Below, piece by piece: positions 49,525 to 58,698 of a stretch of 64,000 nucleotides of DNA (within the stretch, counting starts at the first letter, position 1; every line of letters begins with the position of its first letter). The position numbers and the translations under genes were made by a program. The notes under the pieces are model-generated. The model saw nothing but the letters and a program-made list of their open reading frames with translations. It did no database searches and was not told the DNA's origin. The stretch is from an uncultured Gemmatimonadales bacterium (GTDB lineage Bacteria > Gemmatimonadota > Gemmatimonadetes > Longimicrobiales > RSA9): positions 160,001-224,000 of the forward strand of contig CAWCUS010000002.1 of assembly GCA_963798845.1 (NCBI GenBank), read 5' to 3'.

Positions 49525-49893
49525 ATGAACCGCACCTTCTTCGCCGTCGGGTCCATCGCGGCGCTCCTGGCCGTGGCCGCCGGCGCGTTCGGCGCCCACG
49601 CGCTCGAAGCGCACCTGACTCCCGAGCGGCTCCAAACGTGGGAGACCGGCGCGCGCTACCAGATGTACCACGCCCTCGGCCTCCTGTTCGCGGCCGCCGC
49701 CGCAGGGCGCTGGCCGGGCGGCGCGACGAGCGCGGCGGGCTGGCTGTTCGTGGCCGGGATCCTGGTCTTCTGCGGCACTGTCTACGCGCTGGCGCTGGGG
49801 GCGCCGCGCTGGCTCGGCGCCGTGACGCCGCTGGGCGGGCTGGCGTTCATGGCCGGTTGGGCGGCGCTGGCCTGGGCCGCGCTCCGGGCATGA
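49525..49893 (+). CDS. DUF423 membrane protein
   Basis: GAFGAHAL, YQMYHAL, GAVTPLGG. Confidence 0.92.
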   Translation: MNRTFFAVGSIAALLAVAAGAFGAHALEAHLTPERLQTWETGARYQMYHALGLLFAAAAAGRWPGGATSAAGWLFVAGILVFCGTVYALALGAPRWLGAVTPLGGLAFMAGWAALAWAALRA

Positions 49894-50666
49894 CGGAGGC
49901 AGAGGCCGGGGAACGCCGCCGGACGGGGCGCGTCGTCGTCATCACGGGGGCGAGCAGCGGCATCGGCGCCGCCCTGAGCCGGCTGCTGGGCGGCGGCGGG
50001 GATTCCCTCGTGCTCGTCGCGCGTCGGGACGCGCAGCTCCGGGCCGTGGCCGCGGAGAGCGGGGACACGCTGCCCATCGCCGCCGACGCGACGCGCCGGG
50101 AAGATGTCCGGCGCGTGGTGGCGCGGGCGCTGGAGCGCTTTGGCCGCATCGACGTGTGGGTCAACAACGCGGGCCAGGGGATCACGCGCCCCCCGTCGCG
50201 GCTCACCGATGACGACATCGACGCCATGATGGCGGTGAACGTGAAGGCGGTCCTGTACGGCATGCAGGAGGTGCTCCCGCACTTCCAGGAGCGGGGCCGC
50301 GGCCACATCGTCAACGTCTCCTCCATGCTCGGGCGCATACCGTTCGTGGTCGGCCGCGCCGCCTATTCCGCCTCGAAGCACTACATGAACGCCCTCACCG
50401 CCAACTTCCGCGACGAGATCCAGGAAAACCATCCCGACATCCACGTCTCCATCGTCTCCCCCGGCGTGGTCCGCACCGACTTCGGACTCCACGCGCGCCA
50501 CGGCGGCCCCGACTCGCGATCCTTCCCGTACTCCCAGGGCGCAGACGACGTCGCCGCCGTCATCGCCCGCGTCATCGACCACCCCCGCCCTGACGTGTAC
50601 ACCCGGCCCGGCGCGGCGGCGAGCGTCGCCGCTTACTACGCAAAGCTGGGCGAAGACCCGTCCTGA
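49890..50666 (+). CDS. SDR oxidoreductase
   Basis: TGASSGIG, NNAG, NVSS, YSASK. Confidence 0.93.
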   Translation: MTEAEAGERRRTGRVVVITGASSGIGAALSRLLGGGGDSLVLVARRDAQLRAVAAESGDTLPIAADATRREDVRRVVARALERFGRIDVWVNNAGQGITRPPSRLTDDDIDAMMAVNVKAVLYGMQEVLPHFQERGRGHIVNVSSMLGRIPFVVGRAAYSASKHYMNALTANFRDEIQENHPDIHVSIVSPGVVRTDFGLHARHGGPDSRSFPYSQGADDVAAVIARVIDHPRPDVYTRPGAAASVAAYYAKLGEDPS

Positions 50667-50750
50667 CAGGTCAGGGCGTCCGCAGGACGTCCGGTCGGCA
50701 CGGCGCCACGCTTCCGCGGCGGACACCCCGCGTCGACACGGCGGTTCGAA

Positions 50751-51010
50751 CTCCCCTGGGCGTCCACCGCTCAACGGCTGGCAAACGCCCAGGGCGACGC
50801 CGACCGCCCCGCTCCCCTGGGCGTTCACCGCTCAACGGCTGGCAAACGCCCAGGGCGACGCCGACCGCCCCGCTCCCCTGGGCGTTCACCGCTCAACGCT
50901 GGCAAACGCCCCGGGCGACGCCGACCGCCCCGCTCCCCTGGGCGTTCACCGCTCGACGGCTGGCAAACGCCCAGGGCGACGCCAACGGCCCCGCACCCCT
51001 GGGCGTTCAC
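50751..51010. repeat. 61-bp tandem repeat x4 plus partial, each with a hairpin (REP-like)
   Basis: Unit CGCTCAACGGCTGGCAAACGCCCAGGGCGACGCCGACCGCCCCGCTCCCCTGGGCGTTCAC; inverted arms AACGCCCAGGG/CCCTGGGCGTT. Confidence 0.93.
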
Positions 51011-51152
51011 CGTTCTGAGAGCAGAAGACCACCCGGGAGGTGCGGAGGGGGGCAGCCCGTTGGGCGTTCCCCACGGCCACAGGCCGGGCCCCCTTCCGTC
51101 CCGTCATCTCCGGGCGGCCCAGTCCGCTGTCCCTCCCCGGGGGCCCCCCTCC

Positions 51153-51267
51153 CCCGTCGCCGTCCCCTCCGGGCGGCCCGTCGCCGTCCCCTCCGGGCGG
51201 CCCGTCGCCGTCCCCTCCGGTCCCCCGTCGCCGTCCCCTCCGGGCGGCCCGTCGCCGTCCGCCCCGG
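51153..51267. repeat. 24-bp tandem repeat, about 5 copies
   Basis: Unit CCCGTCGCCGTCCCCTCCGGGCGG. Confidence 0.88.
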
Positions 51268-51300
51268 GGGCCCGGTCCCCCATCCCCGCCTCCCCCCAAT

Positions 51301-51360
51301 CTACTAACAAATTAGTTGACAGCGCCCCATGCGGGCGATTATCTACTAGTCAGGTAGTAG
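51301..51360 (+). promoter_or_regulatory. blaI promoter with two palindromic operators
   Basis: CTACTA-N6-TAGTTG (51301-51318) and CTACTA-N6-TAGTAG (51343-51360) flank or overlap TTGACA (51316) and the -10 region. Confidence 0.78.
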
Positions 51361-51418
51361 GAAGGCCCGGCCGCGTGGACGGCCCGGGAGCGGAGATCGA
51401 GCGCGGGGAGTGTCTGGG

Positions 51419-51796
51419 ATGCCGAGATTCACGGACCGTGAGCTGGACGTGATGGCGGTGCTCTGGAAGCGTGGTGAGGCCACGGTGGCGGAGGTGCGGG
51501 CGGGGCTGGCGGACGAGCTGGCGTACACGACGGTGCTGACGGTGCTGCGGACGCTGGAGGAGAAGGGCCACGTGGGTCACCGTGAGGGGGAGGGACGGGC
51601 GTACGTGTACCGGCCGCTGGTGGAGAGGGAGGAGGCGGGGGCGAGCGCTTTGGCGCGCGTTCTCGACCGGGTGTTCGGCGGCTCGCCGGAGCTGCTGCTG
51701 ACGCAGCTGGTGAGCGAACGGGATCTGAGCGATGCGGAGCTGGAGCGGATGCGTCGCCTGCTGGAAGACCGGCTCGGGAAGGGAGGTGGCGAATGA
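51419..51796 (+). CDS. blaI: BlaI/MecI/CopY-family repressor
   Basis: RELDVMAVLW, LAYTTVLTVLRTLEEKG, GRAYVY, VFGGS. Confidence 0.93.
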   Translation: MPRFTDRELDVMAVLWKRGEATVAEVRAGLADELAYTTVLTVLRTLEEKGHVGHREGEGRAYVYRPLVEREEAGASALARVLDRVFGGSPELLLTQLVSERDLSDAELERMRRLLEDRLGKGGGE

Positions 51797-53520
51797 TCCT
51801 CGACTGGCTGATCTACGCGCTGGCGGTATCGGCGCTGGTGACAGCCGCAGCCCTGGCGGCCGAGCGTGCGGCGCGGGAGCAGGGTTGGCCGGCGCGGTGG
51901 GTGTGGACGGCGTCGCTGGCCGCGTCCATCGCCCTCCCGGCGGCGGCGGTGGTGCTCCCGGCGCGCGGCCCCATCGCGCCGCTGCCGGCGTTCCCCGTGG
52001 TGTACGCGCTGCCGGCGCTCGTCCCGATCCGGGCGGCCGGCGAGGCGTCGCCCGGGCCGACGCTGGGGACGCTCCTTCTGGCTGCGTGGGTGGCGGCGAC
52101 GGCGGTGCTCCTCGGCGTGCTGGCAGTGGCGGCGGTCCGACTGGGGCGGAGCCGCCGCCGCTGGCAGCAGCGGCGAGTGGACGGCGTCGATGTGCTGGTG
52201 TCCGCCACGGTGGGCCCCGCGGCGGTGGGGATCTGGCGCGGGGCCGTGGTGCTGCCGGGCTGGGCGCTGGAGCTGGACGCCGAGCGTCGCCGGCTGCTGG
52301 TGAGACACGAGGCGGAGCACGTTCGGGCGGGCGATCCCCGGCTGGCGCTGGCGGCCCTGCTCGCGTGCGCGCTGGTCCCGTGGAACCCCGCGATGTGGTG
52401 GCAGCTCAGGCGGCTGCGCCTGGCGCTGGAGATGGACTGCGACGCCCGCGTGCTTCGCCACGGCGGTGATGCGCGCCGTTACGGCTCGCTCCTGCTGGAG
52501 GTGGGGCAGCGCCGGGCCGTGCTCGCCCTGGGACTTGCGGAAGGCACATCGATGCTCGAGAGGAGGATTCGAATGATCACTCGGACGACGTCGGGCCGCC
52601 GCAGGCTCCACGGGCTCGGTCTGGCCGCGTCATCCGCCCTCGCCCTTGCCCTGGCACTGTCGTGCGAGGCGCCGAAGGACCGGCCGGTGGGGGCGCAAGG
52701 GGCGGCGGCGGACGCGGTGTCGCCGACGGAGCCCACGGTCGTCCCCGACCGGGCGCTGCCGTCGAAGGTGAGCGCGGCCGACTTCTCCGACTTCCGGGCG
52801 CTGTTCGCGCACGCGTACACGGAGGAATACCAGAAGGGCAGGCCTGGGGACGCGTACAAGCTCCTCGCGGACGCCGGCCCGCTGGCGAAGACGGACGACG
52901 ACCGGCTGACGCGGGCGTTCTGGATGGCGTACATCCTGTACGAGCAGGCCCAGGAGATCGCCAAGCCCATGACCGCCGAGTCGGCCGCGCAGGCGGAGCC
53001 GCTCTTCCAGGGCGCGCGCGAGCTGTTCGAGTCGGCACGCGCCTACCAGGACCTCCATCCGTCGGCCGACGTCCCGAAGCTGCTGCAGGCCACGGGGAAG
53101 TATCTCGAGATCCAGGAAGCGCTCCTGGCGCGCGGGCCGGATGGCGCAGGTGCGACGCCGGAGGCGTCCAAAGCCGAGGCTGCCGCCAAGATGGCGCGGG
53201 CGTACGCCAATGGGCCGACGTTCACGCCCATGACGACGCGGCCGGAGCTGAAGAACGGGAAGGACGTGCAGCAGGCGCTCATGACCTCCTACCCGCCGCT
53301 GCTCCGGAATGCCGGGATCGGCGGCACCACCAACGTCTGGTTCTTCATCGACGAGAACGGAAGGGTGGCGAAGACGATGATCAACAAATCGAGCGGCTAC
53401 GATGCCCTCGACCAGGCGGCGCTGAATGTAGCGGGGACGATGGAATTCACGCCCGGCATGAACGGCGAGAAGAAGGTGCCCGTGTGGGTGGCGCTCGACA
53501 TCAGGTTCGCCGTCGAATAG
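51793..53520 (+). CDS. BlaR1-like M56 metallopeptidase fused to a helical region and TonB C-terminal domain
   Basis: TM segments, HEAEH, PWNP, EMDCD, LERRI; C-terminal YPPLLRNAGIGG..SSGYDALDQAA..FTPG. Confidence 0.9.
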   Translation: MILDWLIYALAVSALVTAAALAAERAAREQGWPARWVWTASLAASIALPAAAVVLPARGPIAPLPAFPVVYALPALVPIRAAGEASPGPTLGTLLLAAWVAATAVLLGVLAVAAVRLGRSRRRWQQRRVDGVDVLVSATVGPAAVGIWRGAVVLPGWALELDAERRRLLVRHEAEHVRAGDPRLALAALLACALVPWNPAMWWQLRRLRLALEMDCDARVLRHGGDARRYGSLLLEVGQRRAVLALGLAEGTSMLERRIRMITRTTSGRRRLHGLGLAASSALALALALSCEAPKDRPVGAQGAAADAVSPTEPTVVPDRALPSKVSAADFSDFRALFAHAYTEEYQKGRPGDAYKLLADAGPLAKTDDDRLTRAFWMAYILYEQAQEIAKPMTAESAAQAEPLFQGARELFESARAYQDLHPSADVPKLLQATGKYLEIQEALLARGPDGAGATPEASKAEAAAKMARAYANGPTFTPMTTRPELKNGKDVQQALMTSYPPLLRNAGIGGTTNVWFFIDENGRVAKTMINKSSGYDALDQAALNVAGTMEFTPGMNGEKKVPVWVALDIRFAVE

Positions 53521-53524
53521 AGGG

Positions 53525-53652
53525 GGGACCCGTTACCCCGGGACCCGTTACCGGGGACCCGTTACCGGGGACCCGTTACCCGGGACCCGTTACCCGGGAC
53601 CCGTTGCCGGGGGGCCGTTACCGGGGACCCGTTACCGGGGGGCCGTTGCCGG
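53525..53652. repeat. 14-bp tandem repeat, about 9 copies
   Basis: Unit GGGACCCGTTACC(C/G), between convergent stops. Confidence 0.9.
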
Positions 53653-53654
53653 CG

Positions 53655-54731
53655 TCAGCGGCTCACGCAGTACAGGTACTCGAACGTCCGGTCCGACTTG
53701 TAGCTCCGCTGCTCGGAGTCCGAGTCGGACCGGTACCGTTTGTAGCTGCGGTGGTAGCGGCGGTAGGTGTCCGGGGCCCCGTACCGTTTCAGGACGCGCT
53801 CGATGGTGGGCTCGGGAATGATCCCCTCGTCGTTGTAGCTCATGACCAGGTGGTGCCAGCGGGCGGTGGCCACCAGCGCCTCGAAGGCCTCCTCGCACTT
53901 CCCGGCGCGGGACCAGTCGCTGCGCTTGTCGGCATCCGGCAGCAGCCCGGTCTTGCCGCGCAGCTCCGGCGCGCCGTCGAACCAGCCCTCCGCCAGAAGC
54001 TCCGGGATGTGGTAGTAGCCCGGGTACTGGCGGTTGTTGTAGGGCGGGTCGAGGTAGAGCAGGTCGAACGGCTCCATGCCGGCGACGAGCTCCAGCGCGT
54101 CCTTCCGCTCGGCGCGGCAGCCGTTCCCTTCCACGATCTCGGCCGCGCGCAGCTCCAGCGGCTTGCGCGCATTGGGCTGCCAGCTCTTCACGAAGGCCGC
54201 GTAGACGCCCGTGGTGTTGGCGACGCGGTCGGCGGCCTCGATGAGGACGGCGAGGAGGAGGTGGAAGAGGTCGTCGTCGATGCGGTCTGCGCGACGCCAC
54301 TCCTCGATGCGGTTTCGTACGTGGTCGATCCGCGCCGCGTTCTGCGGCGTGAAGTACATCCGCCGGTGCTCCCGGGCGCCCTCGCCGGCCGGGGAGTAGT
54401 GGTGGTGGATGAAGTCGGGGAGAGGGTCGAGACCGTTCAGGTAGGCGACGACGTCGCCGAACGTCGGGGCGTCCCTTCCTTCCACCGCGAGCACCTCGTC
54501 CGCGAGCCCGGGCGCCGACGGCAGCGAGCGCGCTTCCACGTAGGCGCGCGCGAAGACGTAGCCGTAGGTCATGATGTCGGACGCGGTGACGCGGAACCCC
54601 ATGCGCTTCAGGTGCTGCGCCACGCTGGCGGTACCGCTGAAGGGGTCGACGGCCGTGCCGGCGATGCCTCGCCTGCGGACCCGCCCCTCGATGAAGGACA
54701 GCAGCTTCGTCTTGTTGCCTATGTATCGCAC
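53655..54731 (-). CDS. Orphan N6-adenine DNA methyltransferase (D12 class, FokI/NlaIII-like)
   Basis: RYIGNKTKLL, DPFSGTASV, RMYFT..NAARID, VANTTGVY, LYLDPPYNNRQY, GKTGL, SYNDEG. Confidence 0.9.
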   Translation of the reverse strand: MRYIGNKTKLLSFIEGRVRRRGIAGTAVDPFSGTASVAQHLKRMGFRVTASDIMTYGYVFARAYVEARSLPSAPGLADEVLAVEGRDAPTFGDVVAYLNGLDPLPDFIHHHYSPAGEGAREHRRMYFTPQNAARIDHVRNRIEEWRRADRIDDDLFHLLLAVLIEAADRVANTTGVYAAFVKSWQPNARKPLELRAAEIVEGNGCRAERKDALELVAGMEPFDLLYLDPPYNNRQYPGYYHIPELLAEGWFDGAPELRGKTGLLPDADKRSDWSRAGKCEEAFEALVATARWHHLVMSYNDEGIIPEPTIERVLKRYGAPDTYRRYHRSYKRYRSDSDSEQRSYKSDRTFEYLYCVSR

Positions 54732-54773
54732 GGAAGCGAATATAGGCGGTGTTTCCAGGAATTGTCCATCGCG

Positions 54774-54971
54774 ATGCCGATCTACCGAGTCACGATCCGA
54801 CACGGGGCGCCGAGGGTGCTCTACGAGGTACTCGACGTGGACGCCTCCGACCTGCGGGGCGCGCTCCTTGCCGCGGCGCAGCGCATGCACGAGGACGTGG
54901 CCGCCACCGCCGATCTCGCGGAGATCCGCGTCCAGGTGGATCCCGACGAGCGTGAGTACGCCCCCGGGTGA
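54774..54971 (+). CDS. Small hypothetical protein (65 aa)
   Basis: MPIYRVTIRHG...DLAEIRVQVDPDEREYAPG; protein-like composition and typical codon usage. Confidence 0.6.
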   Translation: MPIYRVTIRHGAPRVLYEVLDVDASDLRGALLAAAQRMHEDVAATADLAEIRVQVDPDEREYAPG

Positions 54972-55004
54972 GCACGGGAGAGGGGAGTCGTCGAAGCCGG
55001 GATC

Positions 55005-56393
55005 GTGTCGCTGCCTGAGAACCTGTACGAAGGGACGCTGGCCGTCGCCGGGCCGCTGATCCGGGCGGCCGCGCACCTGAACGCGAAGGCCACGCGTGCC
55101 GTCCGCGGACGCGCGGAATCGCTGGAACGTTTCCGGACGTGGTCCGCGGCGGAGCGCGATCCGGGGCGTCCGCTGGTCTGGGTCCACGCCCCGTCCGTGG
55201 GCGAGTCGCTGATGGCGCAGGCGATCATCGCCGAGCTGCGCCACCTCCGCCCGGAGGCGCAGGTGGCGTTCACGCACTTCTCGCCGTCGGCGGAGCGGAT
55301 GGTGGGGGAGGTGGGCGCGGATGTCTGGGGGTACGTGCCCTGGGACACACGCAAGCCCGTGCGCGAGGTGCTGGGACTGCTCCGCCCCTCCGCCATCGCG
55401 TTCGTCCGCACCGAGGTGTGGCCCGTGCTCACGCGCGAAGCGGCGCAGGCGGGCGCGCGCATGGCGCTGGTGAACGCCGTTCTCGCGGAGGACTCCGGGC
55501 GCCTGAGCTGGCTGGGGCGCGCGTTCCTGGAGTCCGTGTATCGCCGCCTGGACCGGGTGGGCGCGGTGAACGACGTGTGCGCCGCACGGTACGAGCGCCT
55601 CGGCGTTCCGCCCGGTCGGATCACCGTCGCCGGTGACGCTCGCTTCGACCAGGTATTCCGCCGTATCGAGCGACGGTGGCGACCCGGGCCCGCCGGGCTC
55701 CCCGGGCTCCCCGGGCTCGCCGGGCTCCCCGGGCCCGCCGGGCTTCCCGGGCGGGACGGCGACGACGAGTGCGTCCCGGACGAGCTGCGGCCGATCTGGC
55801 GGCTGCTGCGCGACCCGTCCGCGTTCACGCTCGTCGCCGGCTCCACGTGGCCGGAGGACGAGAAGGTCCTGCTTCCCGCGATGGCGGTGCTGCACCACCG
55901 CCACCCGCTGCGCCTCGTGATCGCCCCGCACGAGCCCACGCCCGCCCACCTGAAAGCGCTGGAAACGCGCCTGGACGGTGCGCTGCTGCGCCACGCGCGC
56001 CTCGGCGCCCTTCTGGACAGCGGCGCGGCGCCGCCGCAGGTGGTGGTGGTGGACCGGATGGGGATCCTCGCCGACCTCTACGGCCTCGCTGACGTGGCAT
56101 ACGTGGGCGGCGGATTCGGCACTGCCGGGCTCCACTCCGTGGTCGAGCCGGCGGCGCTGGGAGACCCCGTTCTGTTCGGCCCGGCCCACGGGAACGCGAG
56201 CGAGGCTGTCGACATGGTGGAGGCGGGCGGGGCGCGCGTGGTGAACACGGCCAGCGCGCTGGAGCTCCGGCTGCGCACCTGGATGTCGGACCCGCAGGCC
56301 TGTCGCGTGGCCGGCGAGCGGGCCAGGGAGTTCGTGAAGTCGCGCACAGGCGCCGCGCGCCGAAACGCGGAGCTGGTGGCCGGCCTGCTCTGA
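55005..56393 (+). CDS. waaA: Kdo transferase
   Basis: WVHAPSVGE, TEVWP, GDARFD, VAGSTW, IAPH, MGILADLY, YVGGGF, EPAALG. Contains a 9-bp in-frame repeat insertion. Confidence 0.88.
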   Translation: MSLPENLYEGTLAVAGPLIRAAAHLNAKATRAVRGRAESLERFRTWSAAERDPGRPLVWVHAPSVGESLMAQAIIAELRHLRPEAQVAFTHFSPSAERMVGEVGADVWGYVPWDTRKPVREVLGLLRPSAIAFVRTEVWPVLTREAAQAGARMALVNAVLAEDSGRLSWLGRAFLESVYRRLDRVGAVNDVCAARYERLGVPPGRITVAGDARFDQVFRRIERRWRPGPAGLPGLPGLAGLPGPAGLPGRDGDDECVPDELRPIWRLLRDPSAFTLVAGSTWPEDEKVLLPAMAVLHHRHPLRLVIAPHEPTPAHLKALETRLDGALLRHARLGALLDSGAAPPQVVVVDRMGILADLYGLADVAYVGGGFGTAGLHSVVEPAALGDPVLFGPAHGNASEAVDMVEAGGARVVNTASALELRLRTWMSDPQACRVAGERAREFVKSRTGAARRNAELVAGLL

Positions 56394-56459
56394 AGCGGGC
56401 CGTTCCGATGGCGCCGCCGCCGCGGCACGAACGAGGTCCACGTGGGTACCCCTGAGCGC

Positions 56460-56783
56460 ATGAGCATCCCACGACCCCCTCGCCCCGAGCCCCTGCCGGC
56501 GGACGCCACGGCGGTGCGCATCCGCGTGCCCGGGCCGCTGCGCCCGCTCGCGGACGGGCGGGCCGAGGTGGTCGTGCCGGCAGGCACGGTCGGCGACGCG
56601 CTGGACGCGCTGGTCCGTCGACATCCCGGGCTCCGCCGCCACCTCCGCACCGAGGCCGGGGCGCTCCGCGAGCACGTCAACATCTTCCTGAATGACGACG
56701 ATGTCCGCTACCTGGCCGGCGAGGCCACGCCGGCCTCGCCGGGCGACGTGGTCACGGTCGTCCCCAGCATCGCGGGCGGTTGA
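56460..56783 (+). CDS. MoaD/ThiS/CysO-like ubiquitin-like sulfur carrier
   Basis: VNIFLNDDDVR, C-terminal SIAGG. Confidence 0.9.
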   Translation: MSIPRPPRPEPLPADATAVRIRVPGPLRPLADGRAEVVVPAGTVGDALDALVRRHPGLRRHLRTEAGALREHVNIFLNDDDVRYLAGEATPASPGDVVTVVPSIAGG

Positions 56784-58141
56784 TGAGTCCTGAAACCCTG
56801 TCGCCAGCGGAAACGCTTCGCTACGCCAGACACCTCGTCCTCGACGACGTGGGGGAGGAAGGGCAGGCGCGGCTGAAGGCAGCGCGCGTCCTCATCGTCG
56901 GCGCCGGGGGTCTCGGCTCGCCGGCCGCCCTCTATCTCGCCGCGGCCGGCGTCGGCACCCTCGGCCTGGTGGACTTCGACGTGGTGGACGCCAGCAACCT
57001 CCAGCGCCAGGTCCTGTACGGCGAGTCCGACCTCGGGCGGCCGAAGCTGGACGCCGCCGCCGAGCGCCTCCACGACCTGAACCCGCACATCACCATAAGA
57101 AAGCACCCGGTGCGGCTGACGAGCGACAACGCTCTCGACATCATCCGCGACTACGACATCGTGGTCGACGGGACGGACAACTTCCCCACCCGGTATCTGG
57201 TCAACGACGCCTGCGTTCTGCTGGGGAAGCGCAATGTCTACGGCTCCATCCTCAAGTTCGAGGGTCAGGTCTCGGTTTTCGGAGGCGGCGACGCCCCGTG
57301 CTACCGCTGCCTCTTCAGACAGCCGCCGCCGCCCGGGCTCGTGCCCAGCTGTGCGGAGGGCGGCGTCCTCGGCGTGCTCCCTGGCGTCATCGGATCGCTC
57401 CAGGCGCTCGAGACCATCAAGCTCATCACCGGCGCCGGCGAGCCGCTCCTCGGTCGGCTCCTGCTCTTCGACGGCCTCAAGCTGAAGTGGCGCGAGCTCA
57501 AGCTGCGGCGGAGCCCCGAATGTCCCGTGTGCGGCGAGCACCCGACAGTCACCACGCTCATCGACTACGAGGAGTTCTGCGCCGGGGGTGCCGACGCACC
57601 CCCGGCCTCCGTGCCCACGGAGCCGAGTACCGCGCGCGATGGCGGGGCGGCGGAGCAGAGTGCCGCGCACGACGGCGGGGCGGCGGAGCCGAGTACCGCG
57701 CACGATGGTGCGGCCGCGGAGCAGAGTGCCGCGCACGATGGTCCGGCGGCGCACCGGGGTGCCGCGCGTGATGGCGGGGCGGCCGACCACGATGCCCCGC
57801 CCGAGGTCCGGGAGACGCCCTTCGAGATCGGCGCACGCGAGCTCAAGGAGCGTCTGGACCGCGGCGATCCCGTCGATCTCGTGGATGTCCGGGAGCCCTA
57901 CGAGTGGCGGATCACCAATCTGTCGGAGTACGGGGCGCGTCTGATCCCGATCCGCCAGCTCGAGCAGCGCCTCGGCGAGCTCGACCCGGCGCGGGAAACC
58001 GTCTTCATCTGCCGCGTCGGAGAACGGAGTGGCGACGTCGCCCGCTTCCTCCGCGCCCGCGGCCACCGCCACGCCAGGAACCTGCGCGGCGGGATGCTGG
58101 CGTGGCGAGACGAGGTGGACGCGAGCGTGCCCCGGTACTAG
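56783..58141 (+). CDS. moeB: MoeB/ThiF adenylyltransferase with C-terminal rhodanese (MoeZ-like)
   Basis: RYARH, GAGGLGS, SNLQRQ, DGTDNF, CYRC, SCAEGG, CPVC, DVREPYE, CRVGERS, LRGGMLAW. Confidence 0.93.
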   Translation: MSPETLSPAETLRYARHLVLDDVGEEGQARLKAARVLIVGAGGLGSPAALYLAAAGVGTLGLVDFDVVDASNLQRQVLYGESDLGRPKLDAAAERLHDLNPHITIRKHPVRLTSDNALDIIRDYDIVVDGTDNFPTRYLVNDACVLLGKRNVYGSILKFEGQVSVFGGGDAPCYRCLFRQPPPPGLVPSCAEGGVLGVLPGVIGSLQALETIKLITGAGEPLLGRLLLFDGLKLKWRELKLRRSPECPVCGEHPTVTTLIDYEEFCAGGADAPPASVPTEPSTARDGGAAEQSAAHDGGAAEPSTAHDGAAAEQSAAHDGPAAHRGAARDGGAADHDAPPEVRETPFEIGARELKERLDRGDPVDLVDVREPYEWRITNLSEYGARLIPIRQLEQRLGELDPARETVFICRVGERSGDVARFLRARGHRHARNLRGGMLAWRDEVDASVPRY

Positions 58142-58150
58142 GGTCTGCCC

Positions 58151-58365
58151 GGCGGTGGCGGTGGCGGTGGCGGTGGCGGTGGCGGTGGCGGTGGCGGTGG
58201 CGGTGGCCCGCGGCGGCCCGGCGGCCCGGCGGCCCGGCGAGCCAGGGGCCCGGCGGCCCGGGTCATGGCGGCGGCCCGGCCGCCCGGGGGCCCGGGGACC
58301 CGGCGTCATGGCGGCGGCCCGGCCGCCCGGGGGCCCGGCGTCATGGCGGCGGCGGCGGCCCGGCT
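58151..58365. repeat. (GGCGGT)n hexamer, about 9 copies, followed by GGCCCGGC-rich degenerate repeats
   Basis: Directly visible. Confidence 0.88.
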
Positions 58366-58381
58366 GGGTCTCCCACAAAAC

Positions 58382-58488
58382 TCTCTCCAGCTGGAGAGAC
58401 TTCCCCGTGAGCAGATTTGACGTATGTCCTTGTGACACAACGACTTAAAGATACTTTGCTTTGCGGGTTTCTCTCCAGCTGGAGAGAA
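58382..58488. repeat. Two copies of the perfect palindrome TCTCTCCAGCTGGAGAGA around an AT-rich spacer
   Basis: Copies at 58382-58399 and 58470-58487. Confidence 0.9.
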
Positions 58489-58698
58489 TCTTGGGGGGAG
58501 GGAGGATCAACGGCTCGGCCGAGGCCGCGAGGAGATGCCATGCCGACGGGCCACCGCGGCTAGGCTGCCGGCGGAATGGCCGGGAAGCTGGCGTGTGGCC
58601 TCGAACCTGCGACATATGTTTCCGCTGGTCCCGGCGTGCGCCGCAACCTATTGTCCCGGGCGCAAACCGTGATCTCGGACCCGAACCCGTTGAAGCGA

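Noticed and set aside
50751..51010. CRISPR array (also considered at 3305, 24312 and 60224)
   Set aside because: Units are contiguous near-identical copies with no unique spacers, and there are no cas genes.
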